NCBI GenBank assembly: GCA_043228905.1
Contig: JBHGNT010000001.1
Span: 23,622,001-23,686,000, forward strand
Length of the DNA: 64,000 bases
Source of the DNA: Azolla caroliniana
Lineage: Eukaryota > Plantae > Polypodiophyta
Direction: 5' to 3'
The position numbers and the translations under genes are program-made. Below, in pieces: positions 9,533-22,947 of this stretch. Numbering within the stretch: position 1 is the stretch's first letter; each line of letters begins with the position of its first letter. Below the pieces are notes generated by a model. It ran no database searches and was not told the origin of the DNA. It worked only from the letters and a program-made list of their open reading frames with translations.

Positions 9533-11948
9533 ACAAACGTGGCCCACGTCCCACGGTGTCCAGCCCAGGGGCTGTCGTGGTAGGCCTTCAACAACTCCTC
9601 CTGTTCCTCCTTCATCGCCACTACTCGGAGCGGGATGTCGTTTCTCTTCTTCAGGTGCTTCCATAAGTATCCATCCCAGAGAAAGAATCGGTACGCTTTC
9701 TTCCGGATCCGGTTGGCCTCGTCCTTTGTCCATGACGCGTCCGGCGTCATCGTCCTTAAGAATGCTCCAATCTGTAGCCACTCCCCATCGTACTTGCTTT
9801 CGTTAAAATCGTTAAGCGTTGGGGTGCTCCCCCCCTCGGTTGTTACATAAGCCGCCTCGAAGAATTCCACGCCGACTTCCTTGTCCTCCGAAACCATGCC
9901 GCCCTCGTCGTTGAATCGCGCCCTCGAAAGCATGTCGGCCATGGCATTGTCTTTCCCGGAAATGTGTCGTATTTCCGGATCCAGGGACTTGATGTATGCT
10001 ATCCACCTGAGCATTGTCAGGTCTGGGGTTGCGCATCCGGAAATCATGTCGAGAATCGGCAGGCAGTCCGTCTCGATAATTACCTCTGTCCCGATCAGAT
10101 AGTCTTTATCGGCCTTCACCGCCGAAACGATACCCCAGATTTCGCGTTTAACCTGGGCGTATCCTCGTTGTCGCTCGCTAAGGACCTTCGCACCGAACCG
10201 GATTGCGAACCGAATGTCGTCCTCATCTTCTTGGTTGACAACCCATCCGATCCCGGTCGGACTCCTATCTACCGTTATGTAGACGAGAGTGCCTTTCTCG
10301 TAGACAGCCTTTCGGAGTGCCGGAGCTGCAGCAAGAGCCTCCTTCATCTTTCGGACCGACTCCGTATGCTCGTCTCGCCTCTCGAATTTTCGCCCTTTTT
10401 TCAGCAACCCGTATAGCGGCTCGGCAACGTGGGCGTAATGCAGGATCCATATGTGGTAGAACGCGCATGCTCCCAAGAACCTCCGTACCTTCGTGACCGA
10501 GTTACAATCAGGCTTCATTGCGGAGATGGCCTCCACCTTAGCCGGAGACGGTTTCCGGCCATACGGTCCGCATAGATGTCCGACGACCATGATCTCTGAT
10601 TGCCCGAAGGCCAATTTCTCCCCAGAGAAGGTGAGCCTCGCGTCCTCTAGCCTCTGCAGCACCCTCTCGCAGTCGTCAATGTGTGTCGCCACGAATTTCC
10701 AGCATCCGTCCGGTTCGATCGTTTCGTCCTTTTCCTCCACCGGACATCCCTTGATCGGGATGTCGTCCAAGAATGGCATGGTGATGTCCGGGATACAGTC
10801 CCTCAGCACCTTGTCATCGCATTCACCATGTGGGCCACCGAGTTCGTCCCTCCTTGTGGCAGGGTACACATCCGCACTAGGCCGAGAGGAGTCCGCATCG
10901 TCGTAATGTCTCTGCTCTCTACGGCTAGTTGGAACTAGTCGTACCCCGAGTACAGATCACCGACCGAGTAGATCGACCTTCCGGCGAAGGCCTCCGCGAA
11001 CTCGTCTATCGTTGGTCTGATTCCTGCATTCTGAATGGTCACTCTGTTGACCGGTTACAGGTCTTGAATGAAGCGCAACGTCCCGTTCTTCTTCGGTACG
11101 GTAAACCACCGGTTCGAGTACGGGGCACTCGACGGTTCGAGGATGCCCATATCGACCTTCTGCCTCAATAGCTCCATCAGCTCCGGGATGTGAGCTCTCG
11201 GTACCGAAATTGGCTTGAGATTCCATGGCACATGCGGTACCGTGAATATCACCATCGGCTTCACGACTGTCGGGTCTACGCACCCGATCTCCTCCGGCGA
11301 GAATGCGAAGGCTTTCCCGTGCCTTCCGAGCATTCTCCGAAACCGGTCTTCTTCCGCCGGCAGTAGGAACCCGCCCCCACCGATTTTGAGCTCCCGTAGC
11401 GTTCCGTCGGTGAAGGCGTGCCCTATGCAGGCCGGATCTCGTAAACTGGGGTCCGATGCGACCCCCTTGATTCGCAACTCGCTGCCCTCCGGTAAGGGTG
11501 CCGCGACTGGCATTACCTTCCGGTCCACAGTCTGTACTTCGTTCGTGTTAACACGTGCCGTCCGATCCGACTCGAGCCCTCGACTGAAGTCCGCGATGAC
11601 TTCGTACATCTTTTCTGAACAAACCGGTATCGTCCGGTCCTCTTTAAGGCCCTCTCCGACCACCTCTCGCAGTATTCCCAAGGTATCGTCGAAGGAGACC
11701 GCCTCCACGGCTCCGTTGATTTCCTCGCTGGGCCCGAGAACTCCGCACGCCCAAAGTTGCTCTTCAGCCCTTGTCTTTTCTTGGCCTACGACGCTGACTA
11801 TCGTACACCCTCCGTTGTCGGAGAAACAAAACTTCCTACTTATGGTACAAGGTTTCTTCGGTTTCGCCTCTATCGTACATTTGTGGGGTTTTCCCGGAGT
11901 GTCCGAACTGTCGCGGCCCCACGCCTTGACAGCCCTCTCTAAAAATCC
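9533..11948 (-). pseudogene. pol ORF2 (RT-RNaseH-integrase N-terminus) in the -1 frame
   Basis: The -1 frame is open from the GGATTTT site into ORF 11055-11708, then ORF 9460-10869. Confidence 0.85.
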
Positions 11949-14086
11949 TCTCGGTTCTCGCCACCGAGGGACTCGCGGTTTCGCTCGTGGTTCGGTCGCA
12001 CCGTCAGGAACTGGACCGAATGACGCTCGTCTTGACTCTTGACCCTCGCGTAAGCCGACCCGTTGTCCAGCACCTTGGTCTCCATCCGTGCTGCCGTGAT
12101 GTACGGTTCTCCCAGTATGACCGGGTGCGAGGATGTCTCCTGCACAAAGAAGTGTCGATCTATCTCGACGTCACCGATCTTGACTTGCACGTTTGGGCAG
12201 GCCCCGTGTAGTTCCTCGGTGGCGCGCATCGCTGCCCGTATCTTCCACCCGTGCTTGGTGTTGATCGGCCATTTCCCCTTCTTGTAGAAGTCCATGGACA
12301 TCTGGTTTATTTCCGAACCATGGTCCACCAGCGCCACCACCGGTTCCTGAACATCTCCGATCTTCATCGGGGTTTCCGTGGTCACTCGGGCCCAGTGTGG
12401 CCTCGAATAGTGGCTCTCCGCCCACTCGTCTTCCAGCGCCATGTCCTCTATGTGCGCCGTCCGCACCTCCACCAGCCTTTCCGGTTCTGCCTCCGTCGAT
12501 AGCCTCTTCCTCTTCACCAAGTCTACGATGGAGTCGTGGAACTCCTTCTTGGCGATTCCGAGCACCTCCCGCAACAACAGTTCCACTTTGTTGTCGAGGA
12601 TTCGTTCTTCCAGGACCTTTCGTAGGTCCGTGGTCCTTTCGATCTCCGTGCCCAAACGGTATCCGCCCTTCTTGTGGTTATCCCGGGCACTGGACTCACC
12701 GGCCTCGCTCCGTTTCGGCCCGAATCAGGTTTTGTATCTCTGTGAGCGTCCGGCCCCTCCGGTTTTACTTACCCGTTTGTCTTCAACCAGAGCCTCATAG
12801 TTCTGGCAAGCTGCTTCGACGAAACCCGTCTTTTCTTCAACCGGGTCACTCCACCCGGTTACCTCCTGGACCCGCTTCTCCGCGCGGTTCGCCTCGTCTC
12901 TCTTTAGTCGGGCACCGGCAAGGCCTTCTAGCACCGTCGGCCAAAACCTGGCTTTGCTCTCCTTCCGGGCCTCACTGCCTCCGACCCGAATACCGGCTGA
13001 CGCTGAGTAGTGGACGGTCTCCGCGTGCCGGGCTGCCGCCTCTTCCATCAGCCTTTTCATTCCTCCTCGCCCGTCGTTTCGGTTCAGGGCCCTCCGGGTA
13101 TCGCTGGCGTGCACCCGACCTTCCCACAGGTACACTACTCGGCTTCTCAAAGCCTCCATAAAGTCCCCGCAGTCTTTTCGGATGTGGCCGACCTCGTCGC
13201 ACCACATGCACCTACTTCCTGCCGGAGGCCGTCGGTCACGAGCCTGATCGCCGCCTTCCCTCCGAGCCTGGGCGATCTGGAGATCCTTCACTGCTCATGT
13301 CAACTCCTCCAGAGTTGTCCCCCCGGACGAGCCTCTGATCACGTCGGTCGAAGACGAACCGGTTTCGAGCCACTCCCGGGTCTCTTCCCTTCGCGCCTGC
13401 GGTATCGGTTCGAGCTTCCTTGCTGCGACAGGTCCCGCCCCGGTCGCCTCTGTATCAGCGCACTCCCACCGTTTGTCAAAACGGTCGCAGACTCTCTTTA
13501 CCGTGGCCCAGTCGGTCGTCAGCTCGTCTTCGGTTTCCAGTAAGGAGCCAACTTGCCCCCGATATAGTGTGTCAACCGATTTGACAAACAGTAGGACACG
13601 ACTTGTGCCCAGAACGGTCCGATCGAGCGCCAAAAGGCGCGCAAAGCGTTCGTCAAACTCCCGGAGGAGTACCGACGCATTTCTTCCTTTGTTGGGGGAC
13701 TCCACCCACTCCATGAAGCCCCGCTTCGAAAGTTGAAGTGCGTCATCCATCCCGTATTTCTCCAGGAGCCGTCCTTCGAACTCCTCCCAGGTCCGGCTCT
13801 CCGCCCGGACCTCGAGCACCTCCGCGTGGATGCCCGGCATCGCCACTCGAGGGAATCCGGCAAGACGCCTCCCTTCCGGAATATCCCTCATCAACATTTC
13901 CGCCCGGTAGGACGCCAAATAACTCGTGGCATCCTTTCCACTGAACCGGCCAATCATACCGACGATCGCCTCAATAGCCCTGTCAAGGGCGCCGGTGCCC
14001 TCGCGCGCGCTCACTATCCGGTCCACGGCCGAAGCCATGGCCTCTGCAAGATCCGACCCCCTCATCTTCTGCTCCTCTACCGCCAA
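11939..14086 (-). pseudogene. gag-protease ORF1
   Basis: ORFs 13295-14086, 12725-13291 and 11939-12655, ending ...NREDF-stop. Confidence 0.85.
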
Positions 14087-14762
14087 AATTCACGTCGGGT
14101 TCACCAAAGATGTCGCGTTACTACACGCGTGCGTGGAGAAACGAGGCGGGACCACTGGGGTCTTGAACCGAAGAGCAGGTGATAGGAGGGGAAAGAGAAG
14201 GAGAGAGACGACCGGTTACGTATGAGCAAAGAAACACAGGGACACGGCCCGTCAACGCAGGAAGCACGAATGGACACAGAGGCAGAGAGACACGAAAGTT
14301 TGTATATTAACGAATAACAAATACACAACAGAGCACGCGAGCGGTTACAACCGAACAGGCCGGCGAACAGATGTCGATGCCTGTTCGTCTGCGCACGAAA
14401 GGGGATAGGATGGAGGTGCTGCCGGAAGCACACGGGCGTTCCTCGAAGCAGCGCGAGCCTCCCGAAAACCTGCAGAGAAGAGCAATAGAGAACAAACAGA
14501 GGGGAAGCGTTTGGTTACGGTCCGACAGCACTTCGTCCTCCTCAATGCGCGATCCCCTCTCTCCCCGTGTCTCCCTCTCTTTTATAGCTTAAGGAAGGGA
14601 GCCGTCTCCCTCATTTACTTCCTACCTACCGAATCTAACTACCCCCGGATATGCCTATGTACCTAATTCCCTATTATATACATTAAAGGGCGCGCACACG
14701 TGAAGAGCCGGTTCACGCGCTCTATGCACCGATTGCGCTAAGGGACGGTTTTCTTCACGACA

Positions 14763-16904
14763 ACGTAGAACCAGATAATCGAACGCTCAAGGGTGGTATT
14801 GACCATTCTATTGTCTATTGTGTGATTCATCTTGTGTACTTGCCGTCTGTGCCATAATTCATTATCTTACACGTGTAATTGAGTGACGGATACGTTGTAT
14901 GTGCTCCAGAAAGTAACCCACTATTGATAAGTGTTGGATTGAAGAATCACCATCCATATCTCCGACCACCTTCTTGGATGTGTATTCCAGAAGGGAATAC
15001 TCTATGTTAGCGACTAAGTCCAGCCCAGAAGTAACATCTATCAGACGAAGAAGAACTCAAGGTCGTTAAATACTTGTGTCTCTATACCTTCTGTTTTTCT
15101 ATATGTCTTTGCACTATCAATTTCAATCTTTGCACCCGCACCTACCTACGTATTAGTGAGAAATGGTTGTGGCTAGTCAAGGATCTTCACAAGTTTCCTA
15201 GGAAGGAGGAAGACTACTCATGAGCAACATTGCTCTTAATTCGTCTTCGATTGTCATCCCCTAAGCCGAAATTTGGGAGCTTAGACTTCTATACTCATTG
15301 AGGTGTGCTTGGATCGAGTCAGATTCTTTCATTCAAAGATTGTAAAGGTGCAAAATTAAATATATCTTTGTGGTGGTGACGTTCTTTTCATAGGTGACCG
15401 AGAGTGAGTTCCATTGTTGGAAGGCAGTCGAACACAATTGCACTGTGAAGTACACTGACTCCAACAAGTGCATCCAAATGGTGGCGTGGATGATTCGATC
15501 TAACTTTGTCCACTCATTTGGCTTGTATTGATCCTTTTGGAGGGTTTTCGAATTCGATTTCTATCTTTCTAACCTTTGACAATTAGGTGGTCTTGCATTT
15601 GTTTCTTCCAGAAGTTGAGTTCCACCCGGCAAACTTCCTTAGACTCATCTCGGATGAGCCAGATGTTGATGCCATTTTGTGTCAGCTGACTAGGCTCTGT
15701 CTGGGGTCGACTACGAGTAGTGGTGGGATACAACCGACTGGCTCACCCGATATTGTTCTAGTCGGATTTGGACACAAGTCGATTCGACTTCGACTATTGG
15801 TGGGTTCTATTTGTAGGCTACAATCGATCGACTTACCCGAATTGGACAGGAAAGCTTTGATTGGTTGGACAATTGGATTTCAGATGACAGTTGAGTACAA
15901 AACTTTCTCGAAGTGTCTACAATGATTGGAGGGATAGAGTCAACTGGTCTTCCAGAATGTCGCCTAGCCGAGTTGGGCACAGTTAACTACCAATTGCCGA
16001 TTTCACGAGCCGATCACAAATTATGTGTCGTTGTGTTGATTATCCAGGCCAATCCTGCTTCGGGTGACTACAACAATGAGAGGGATAGATCAGACTGGTC
16101 TTTCCAAATGTTGTCTAGCCGAATGAAGCACGGAAGGGAGTTTCTCCTGGAACCAAATTTTCTTGGAGTGGTTACAATGAGCAAGTGGGTAGCACCAGAA
16201 GGCCTGACCGATTGTTGTCTAGCTCAATGAAGCACGATTTATGATCGAATCGACGGAAAGATCTCACTTCAAGCTGCTACAACCATGAAGGCGAGGTACA
16301 GTCGATTGCCTTACTTCAAGAGTGATTTAGCTCAGCGAAGTGCCAATTTTCTAGGTGTTTCTCCTCCAGAAGAGTGATCTTGTGTAATTGCCTGACCAAA
16401 GATTTAGCAAAATTGAGATCTCAGAATCTGTTATACTAGAGTGAAATTGACAAAAAGATCTTCAAAAAGTACAAAGAGAAGATGTTGATGAAGACAAGAA
16501 GACGATGACAGTAGAATCAAAATGCCAAGCTCTGATACCAGATGTTAGAACCAATTGTCAGGATGCAGAACAAACTCAACACTCTTTGAGATGAAAATCT
16601 TGAGAGAATACAAAGAAACAGATTGATAACACAAGACAATTGAATCATAAGACAAGATCAACAAGGGAACAAAGGAGGAGAGAGACGACAAGGTAGGCAC
16701 AAGAGTATGTAATTATATTATTCTCTCGGAGAGTTACAATGGCACAATGTACAAAATGAAGAATCACTAAAACTAGGTTACAAAGTCAATTTAAATACTG
16801 ACGACTTAGGGCAACTTCCCTTTCCACTATTTACAGAAATAGCCTAAATCTAGTGTGTCAGATGGGACAGTGTGAATGCAACCATTATATATCCATATTT
16901 GACA
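14763..16904 (-). mobile_element. Old Ty1/copia fragment: LTR 16543-16904, tRNA-iMet PBS, long leader, decayed gag
   Basis: PBS TGGTATCAGAGC (16529-16540, minus); gag remnant EWTKLDRIIHATIWMHL...LYNL*MKESDSIQAHLNEY at ~15290-15520. Confidence 0.75.
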
Positions 16905-18015
16905 TTGAGGCCCATGTCTTGACGAGCGTTATCATGATAGAAGACATTGAGGCTGAAAAAGAATATGTCGGTAAACGTTAAATGAGGTCACATTGGGCCA
17001 TATCAACTGTGAAAACCCCAAATTTGGATTGAAAATGTTAAAAAATCAATAGTATACATAAAATAAAGTGGAAACAAAAATCATAAATACAATGTAAGAA
17101 AAAATATAAAGAGAAAACAAAATGCGTGAAGGAGTATAAGTGGGTCCATGGAAATAGTCTCATTTGATGACACTCTTGGAGAAATAGAGAGTATGATTGA
17201 GATGAACCTTTTTGAGAAGAAAGTAATTCTGATAAACTTTGTCATTGTGTACACCACCATTGATGAATATGAGCAATGTGTTACGACAAATGAGGCCAAA
17301 GTTACCACAAAATACAAAATGATGGATAAAAACGCGGAGCCTATGGTTGCACCCATGCCAAAAGCAGTTGGAAGAAGATGAAAGAAGTGACAATGGTATC
17401 ACATTACATGCGCATGCATATGCTATTCGAGAGGGTCCATGGGGAACTTGAACAAGGGCTAATGCGATGTTGTGTGAGAAGATGGATTTCCCTTGCGTAA
17501 TCACATTTTTTGAGAATTAACCCTTTTACGGATCAAGGCTCGAGGAACGTACAATCATGGAAAGTCAGGGAACCCTTAGAGTCGAGTTAAGGAAACCTTA
17601 GATCGAGTCGAGGAAACCTTAAAGTTGAGTTGAATCTAGTCGCCAAGTGATAAAACATCTAAAGTTACCTCCCATGGTAGGATTGGGATAACTCGATCCT
17701 TACCCTTCATGCCATATGAATTAGCCCACAACTATGACTACATTTATGCTCGTAAAATACTTAACCTTAAGCCTATCAACAAAGTTATGATTTGCAACAC
17801 TAGGATTGGGCCATGTGTTGACAAGTTTTCTGAAGCCTTTGTTTGGAGGTCATTATGCCAAACTAGAGACCCCTACTTAGGTTATGACTAACTCTAGTTG
17901 GCCATGAATAGTCGAGGAACTATTATGATGTGAATCCTTGTTGGAATAGTAAGGTACGAGTAACTCCATTGCTCACCAATGAACACAATGAACAAGGTTA
18001 TGAGGGAATGTATTC
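16905..18015 (+). mobile_element. Highly decayed gypsy fragments (same lineage as 2028 and 9533)
   Basis: MEIVSFDDTLG...KVTTKYK..K..PMVAPMP (17148-17381) and LKPINKV..VDKFSEAF..DPYLGYD (17760-17890). Confidence 0.7.
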
Positions 18016-21000
18016 TATGAAAGTGTTTTTAGAATTCAAAGTATTGAACACTACAAGAATATAAGGTATGGAGCATTCACATCCGGAAGGCAAGATCACG
18101 AACCAAGGTCTCAAGGATAAGTCAAACTAAAAGCAAGACACGTGGAGAAAAGTAAAAGAAGAAAAAAGTGAGGTACCAAAACACAATCTAAAACGAACAC
18201 TAATAACTCATTCATTTGGACGCCAAATATCATGTTCAAATATGGGTTAGAAAGCTCGTGAAGTCAGCTATCTATAACTTTTTAAATCACTAAATTTGGC
18301 TCTCGGATGAGGGAGATGTGATGATTAGAAGATCGTTGTGTCAGATGGAAATTTTCTAAAAAAAGCGTAAAAAAGAAAGCAAGGGAAAGTTATCTAGTTT
18401 AGGAGAACTTCATATAAAGCAAGAAGAGTAAGGTAGTGGTGAGGAGTCTCTTTCTTGTGGTGTTTTTCTTTCCTATTCATGTAGTGTGGTTGTGTTGTTA
18501 TCCATATATCTTTGTAGACTTGGATTTATGTATCTTCTTTCTCTCTTCCTTCCATCATGATTATTCGTTATCAATAGATCTTTGTGGTTTTGGATATATA
18601 TATCTTCCTTCTCTCTTCTTTCTATCATCTCTCTATCATTTTTGGCACTCCATGGAGTGTCGATCTTTTCCACATCTTCGGAAGATTGATTGTATCATTG
18701 TATTACGTGGATATGGCTTTTCAATTTGCCTTTGCAAGTGATGGTGTTCGGGATGCAGGAGCTTTTTTGGCATCCTTTGAGCATCATGTGGTTTCAATTG
18801 GGAAGGTGAATGACATAAAGAAACTTCCCTTGTTGGTGGCAACTTTCTACTCAAGGGCTTGGGAATGGTATGAATCCCTATCTCCCAACCAACAATCCAA
18901 CTACCAATTGGTCGTTCAACAATTTCGAAGCAAGTACATCTGACGTTGTAATGCTATGGAGGTGCAAGAGGAACTTTTCACATTGCGTATGTCAACATCG
19001 ATGGAGTATTCGGAGTATGAAAGGGTGTTCAAAGAACTTTGGTCAACATGGATCCATCTATGCGGAGGCGTAGAGGACGAGTGGTTCAAGATGGATCGCT
19101 TCAAGGCGGGCTTGAATCCTTACTTTGCAATGGAGGCGAATTTGAAGGACCCAACCAATTTTCAAACTCTTCTACAAGTGTGTCAAGTCTATGATACACA
19201 ACTAAAGCGATGTTATGGATGGTGATGCCAATGTACATCATGTTGAGGACATTATTGATACAACAAGCGATATGGTAGTTGATGATGAATATGTGCAAGA
19301 TGAAATGGAAGATATGACAAAAAAAGTTGTTGATGGTGAAGTACCCACAACAGAGTTGCAAGATGAAGAAGGTAACCTCGAAGTGATAGCTGGATATTGG
19401 CTTTTGGAGATCAATGTGTGTAAGGAAGCATTGGTAAGTGCCAAGTTACAGTGTATGAAGGTGTTCGTGCAAGATTTGTGTTTTGGATTTGCATTTAGTA
19501 GCAACAAAGTTATGTGGGCATCAACTCTTCAACAACAATTTGATCAAGAGCCAAGAGAATTACTTGTAATGCAGGATTGGAGTATCATGAACTTATCACC
19601 ATCAAAGGATTCACCACAACTAATCAAATGTATAAATGAGAAGGAACCATCTATCGACAATGGCAAGTAAGAAGAGGAAAGCATAATAATTAATGAATCT
19701 TCATGGGATAGGGAAAACAAATCCTTCCACATGGTGTCAAAGGAGGAAGAAGAAGTCATTGAAGAGAAAAGTATTATCACCCTAAAGGGGAAAAAGAAGA
19801 TGACTTCAAACGATGTCCAAGGAGAAGAGGATCTAAGGTTTATTTCTCTTCTTTTTAAGTTTCCAAAGTTATTCATAAATGAGTATTCATAGATAAGAGT
19901 GGAAGGCATCAAGCACCCCATCAAGTTGGAGGATTTGAAGTTTGTCTCACCTATTGTTGTGGTTCCAAAGGAGAAAGACATCAACTTCCAACCCTTGAAT
20001 GATTCAACCAAACGAGATCTATTTTTTCTTCCTTTTCGAGATGAGATTATAGATGAAATGGTCAAACATACAAAACAAGGTAGTGTGGAGAATGTCATGT
20101 ACCAAGAAGGAATTCACATGGAATCAAAGGTCAAAGAAATTCAAAAGGTGACAACTCCGACAAGTCTCAAAGCTTTAAAGGTGTTTGTGCAAAAGGTTCG
20201 CTCGCTCAAAAGGTGTATTCATATGTTGACATACTTACTTCTCTCAAGAGCTATGTATCGCATGACCCTATTCGTGTTTGGAGAGTTAACAAAGACATAG
20301 TAATTATGGTAACCTCTTTCTTTGTGTTGACAAGGAGAAAGATGGGAATGGCAATTGTTCAATGTGTGTGTGGATTTGTGTCTAGGAGTGTGAGGTTTTT
20401 CCTACCGACTAGCGGGGGTTTATTTATTCTCTCCTTTGTCTATAGCCATGAATAAGGCGAAGGAGAATTTTTGGTTTTATTAGTAGCTTAGGGTTCACCA
20501 TAAATGGTTCACCAAGAAGCAAGGGGGAGGGCTAAATGTGAAAGTGTTTTTAGAATTCAAAGTATTGAACACTACAAGAATATAAGGTATGGAGCATTCA
20601 CATCCGGAGGGCAAGATCATGAACCAAGGTCTCAAGGATAAGTCAAACTAAAAGTAAGACACATGGAGAAAAGTAAAAGAAGAAAAAAATGAGGTACCAA
20701 AACACAGTCTGAAACGAACACTTATAACTCATTCGTTTGGAGGCCAAATATCATGTTCAAATATGGGTTACAAAGCTCGTGAAGTCAACTATCTATAACT
20801 TTTTAAATCACTAAATTTGGATCGTTGTGTCAGATGGAAATTTTCTAAAAAAGACGTAAAAAAGAAAGCAAGGGAAACTTATCTAGTTTAGGAGAACTTC
20901 ATATAAAGCAAGAAGAGTAAGGTGGTGAGGAGTCTCTTTCTTGTGGTGTTTTTCTTGCCTATTCATGTAGTGTGGTTGTGTTGTTATCATATATCTTTGT

Positions 21001-21127
21001 AGACTTGGATTTATGTATCTTCTTTCTCTCTTTTCCTTCCATCATGATTATTCATTATCAATAGAGCTTTGTGGTTTTGGATATATATAACTTCCTTCTC
21101 TCTTCTTTCTATCATCTCTCTCTATCA
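18016..21127 (+). mobile_element. Non-autonomous gypsy-derived LTR element, copy 1 (gag + collapsed RT)
   Basis: LTRs 18016-18638 and 20537-21127; PBS-like TGGCACTCC after the 5' LTR; PPT AAGGGGGAGGG; no matching TSD (TATTC/TTTGT). Confidence 0.88.
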
Positions 21128-22710
21128 TTTGTTTTTTGAATAATTGCATTCAAAATAATTGAAAAGCCAAGCATAATCTGATATAAAAAAAAGGTTTATA
21201 AGATGGTTTGTAAGGTAGGTTCAATAGATTTCTCTCTGACTAACACCATTTTCCATTGATAGATTCCTTTGTGACTGACTTTTTTGCAGCACACTTAGTA
21301 TCACAACTCGGAAGAGATGTGGCGGCTCATGTTTCACACATTATATTCGTTATATTGCATACAAAAGCTTCTTCTTCTCCATACAAGAAAGATGCATTCA
21401 TCAATAGTTGTTAGATCTCATCACTTTGTTTTCCATCCACACCTTGATTTCATATTCCTTGGCTCACAATTTCTTCCAAATTTGAGCTCCATCGACATTA
21501 ATAATAAAAAATTGAATGGGAACCAGAAACATGAAAATGTGCTGGATCTCCTCATACATTACAATTGTACACAATTTAAGTTGATGCATTATTTGTTATT
21601 AAGAGTTGTCAATATAGAGGTGAAACTCAAAGAATGAAAAAGAATGATAGCTGTTATGTTATTTTAGATTTTACTTTTCATACTAGTGAGCAAACCAACC
21701 TCAGACATCTTCTACCTCATGAATAGATCAACTTGTCTTTATTTCAACTTTGATAAATCACTTCCAAGAAGGGCTACTGCAAAGCATGCATTAATGAAGC
21801 TTTGCACATCCGTTATTTTGTTTTTTCCTTTAATGTGGCATGGAAAACAAGATCCTATCCCAACATAATTCTTGATAGCTGTATATTATATATATGCCTT
21901 ACTGCTTCAAGCATCTATTCCAAAAGCAGCTGAATCTTACTTATTGGTATATATATCATACGGGCTTTTCCTACTAATGAAAATTATACCATTCATGTAT
22001 TAATTATATGGGTTTTTCTTACATGAGCCAACAAATGCTATTAATTACAAGAGCCAACGAATGGTAGATGGAAAATCCATATAATTTGTAAAAAATCAGA
22101 TGAGGTTTTCCTTACAAGAAGATCCAATAAATTGACTCATTACAAATATAATAATGCAATGCAAGAGCAAAAGAATATGAACAGGATATACGATATTTTG
22201 TACACAAGTGAAGAATTTCTCCCAAGGAAAATCCATATATTCATGATCGTGGATCCGCATCAGCTTCAAATGAATATGCTGAATAATCAGTTACTCCTGT
22301 GCCCAACAGCATTTTAGATAAGACGATACAGAAATCCCTACTTTTGGGCACTTCCATTTACTGAAAATCTTCCTTCAGGTTTCAATGCTTGAATTGATCA
22401 TATGCTACTCACTCAAAACAATGGCATATATATGTATACATATAGGCAGCACTAGAAGAAAAGCTTTACCTGGAGTGATAATGATGATGCCTTTCTGTTG
22501 TCATTTCTTTTAGCTGCATAATTTGAACTCATCTGAAAATATACATATATATGAGCTGGCAGAAGAGGGCATGGGCATTTATGTATGTATATACCTTTCG
22601 AAGTGCTCATCAAACTCATTCTGATCGGTTCAAAAATAATAACTTGAACAAACATTTAGAAGATGATCGATGATGAACCAGAATATTCAAACATCCATGG
22701 TTTCTTTTTC

Positions 22711-22947
22711 TCAACGTTTCTGCATTCTAGTAGTATTTGACTTCCTTGGTCTTCGACTATCTTCTCTATCATCAAACCCATCTAATAAAGAGCTTCCTCC
22801 AGGTATACCGCGTGGCGGTGTTAGAAAACCGGTCGATCTCGTCGGGTACAATGTGCTGAAAACTTCATTAGATGAACGCGGTGATGATGGAGCACTAAGA
22901 GATGGTTGCTTACCAGATGAAGAAGGAATAGGTTCTATATCAATGTC
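22711..22947 (-). CDS. MAP3K exon 10 (C-terminal tail, stop)
   Basis: tttatag|[24 protein letters not shown]...RMQKR-TGA; 79 codons including the stop. Confidence 0.75.
   Translation of the reverse strand, partial: DIDIEPIPSSSGKQPSLSAPSSPRSSNEVFSTLYPTRSTGFLTPPRGIPGGSSLLDGFDDREDSRRPRKSNTTRMQKR

Larger units (their letters stand above)
9533..14762 (-). mobile_element. Ty3/gypsy non-chromovirus element (same lineage as 2028-8033, GC-rich), 3'-truncated in integrase
   Basis: 5' LTR 14111-14762 (TGTCGTG...CGCGACA); tRNA-Trp PBS 14090-14106; gag with CMWCDEVGHIRKDC; protease ALVDHGSEIN; RT PFLDDIP; RNase H; ends at GHRGTWATF. Confidence 0.9.

Noticed and set aside
11215-14225. Long plus-strand ORFs (e.g. 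11215-12042, 12397-13161)
   Set aside because: Antisense shadows of GC-rich gag/pol with no recognisable domains.
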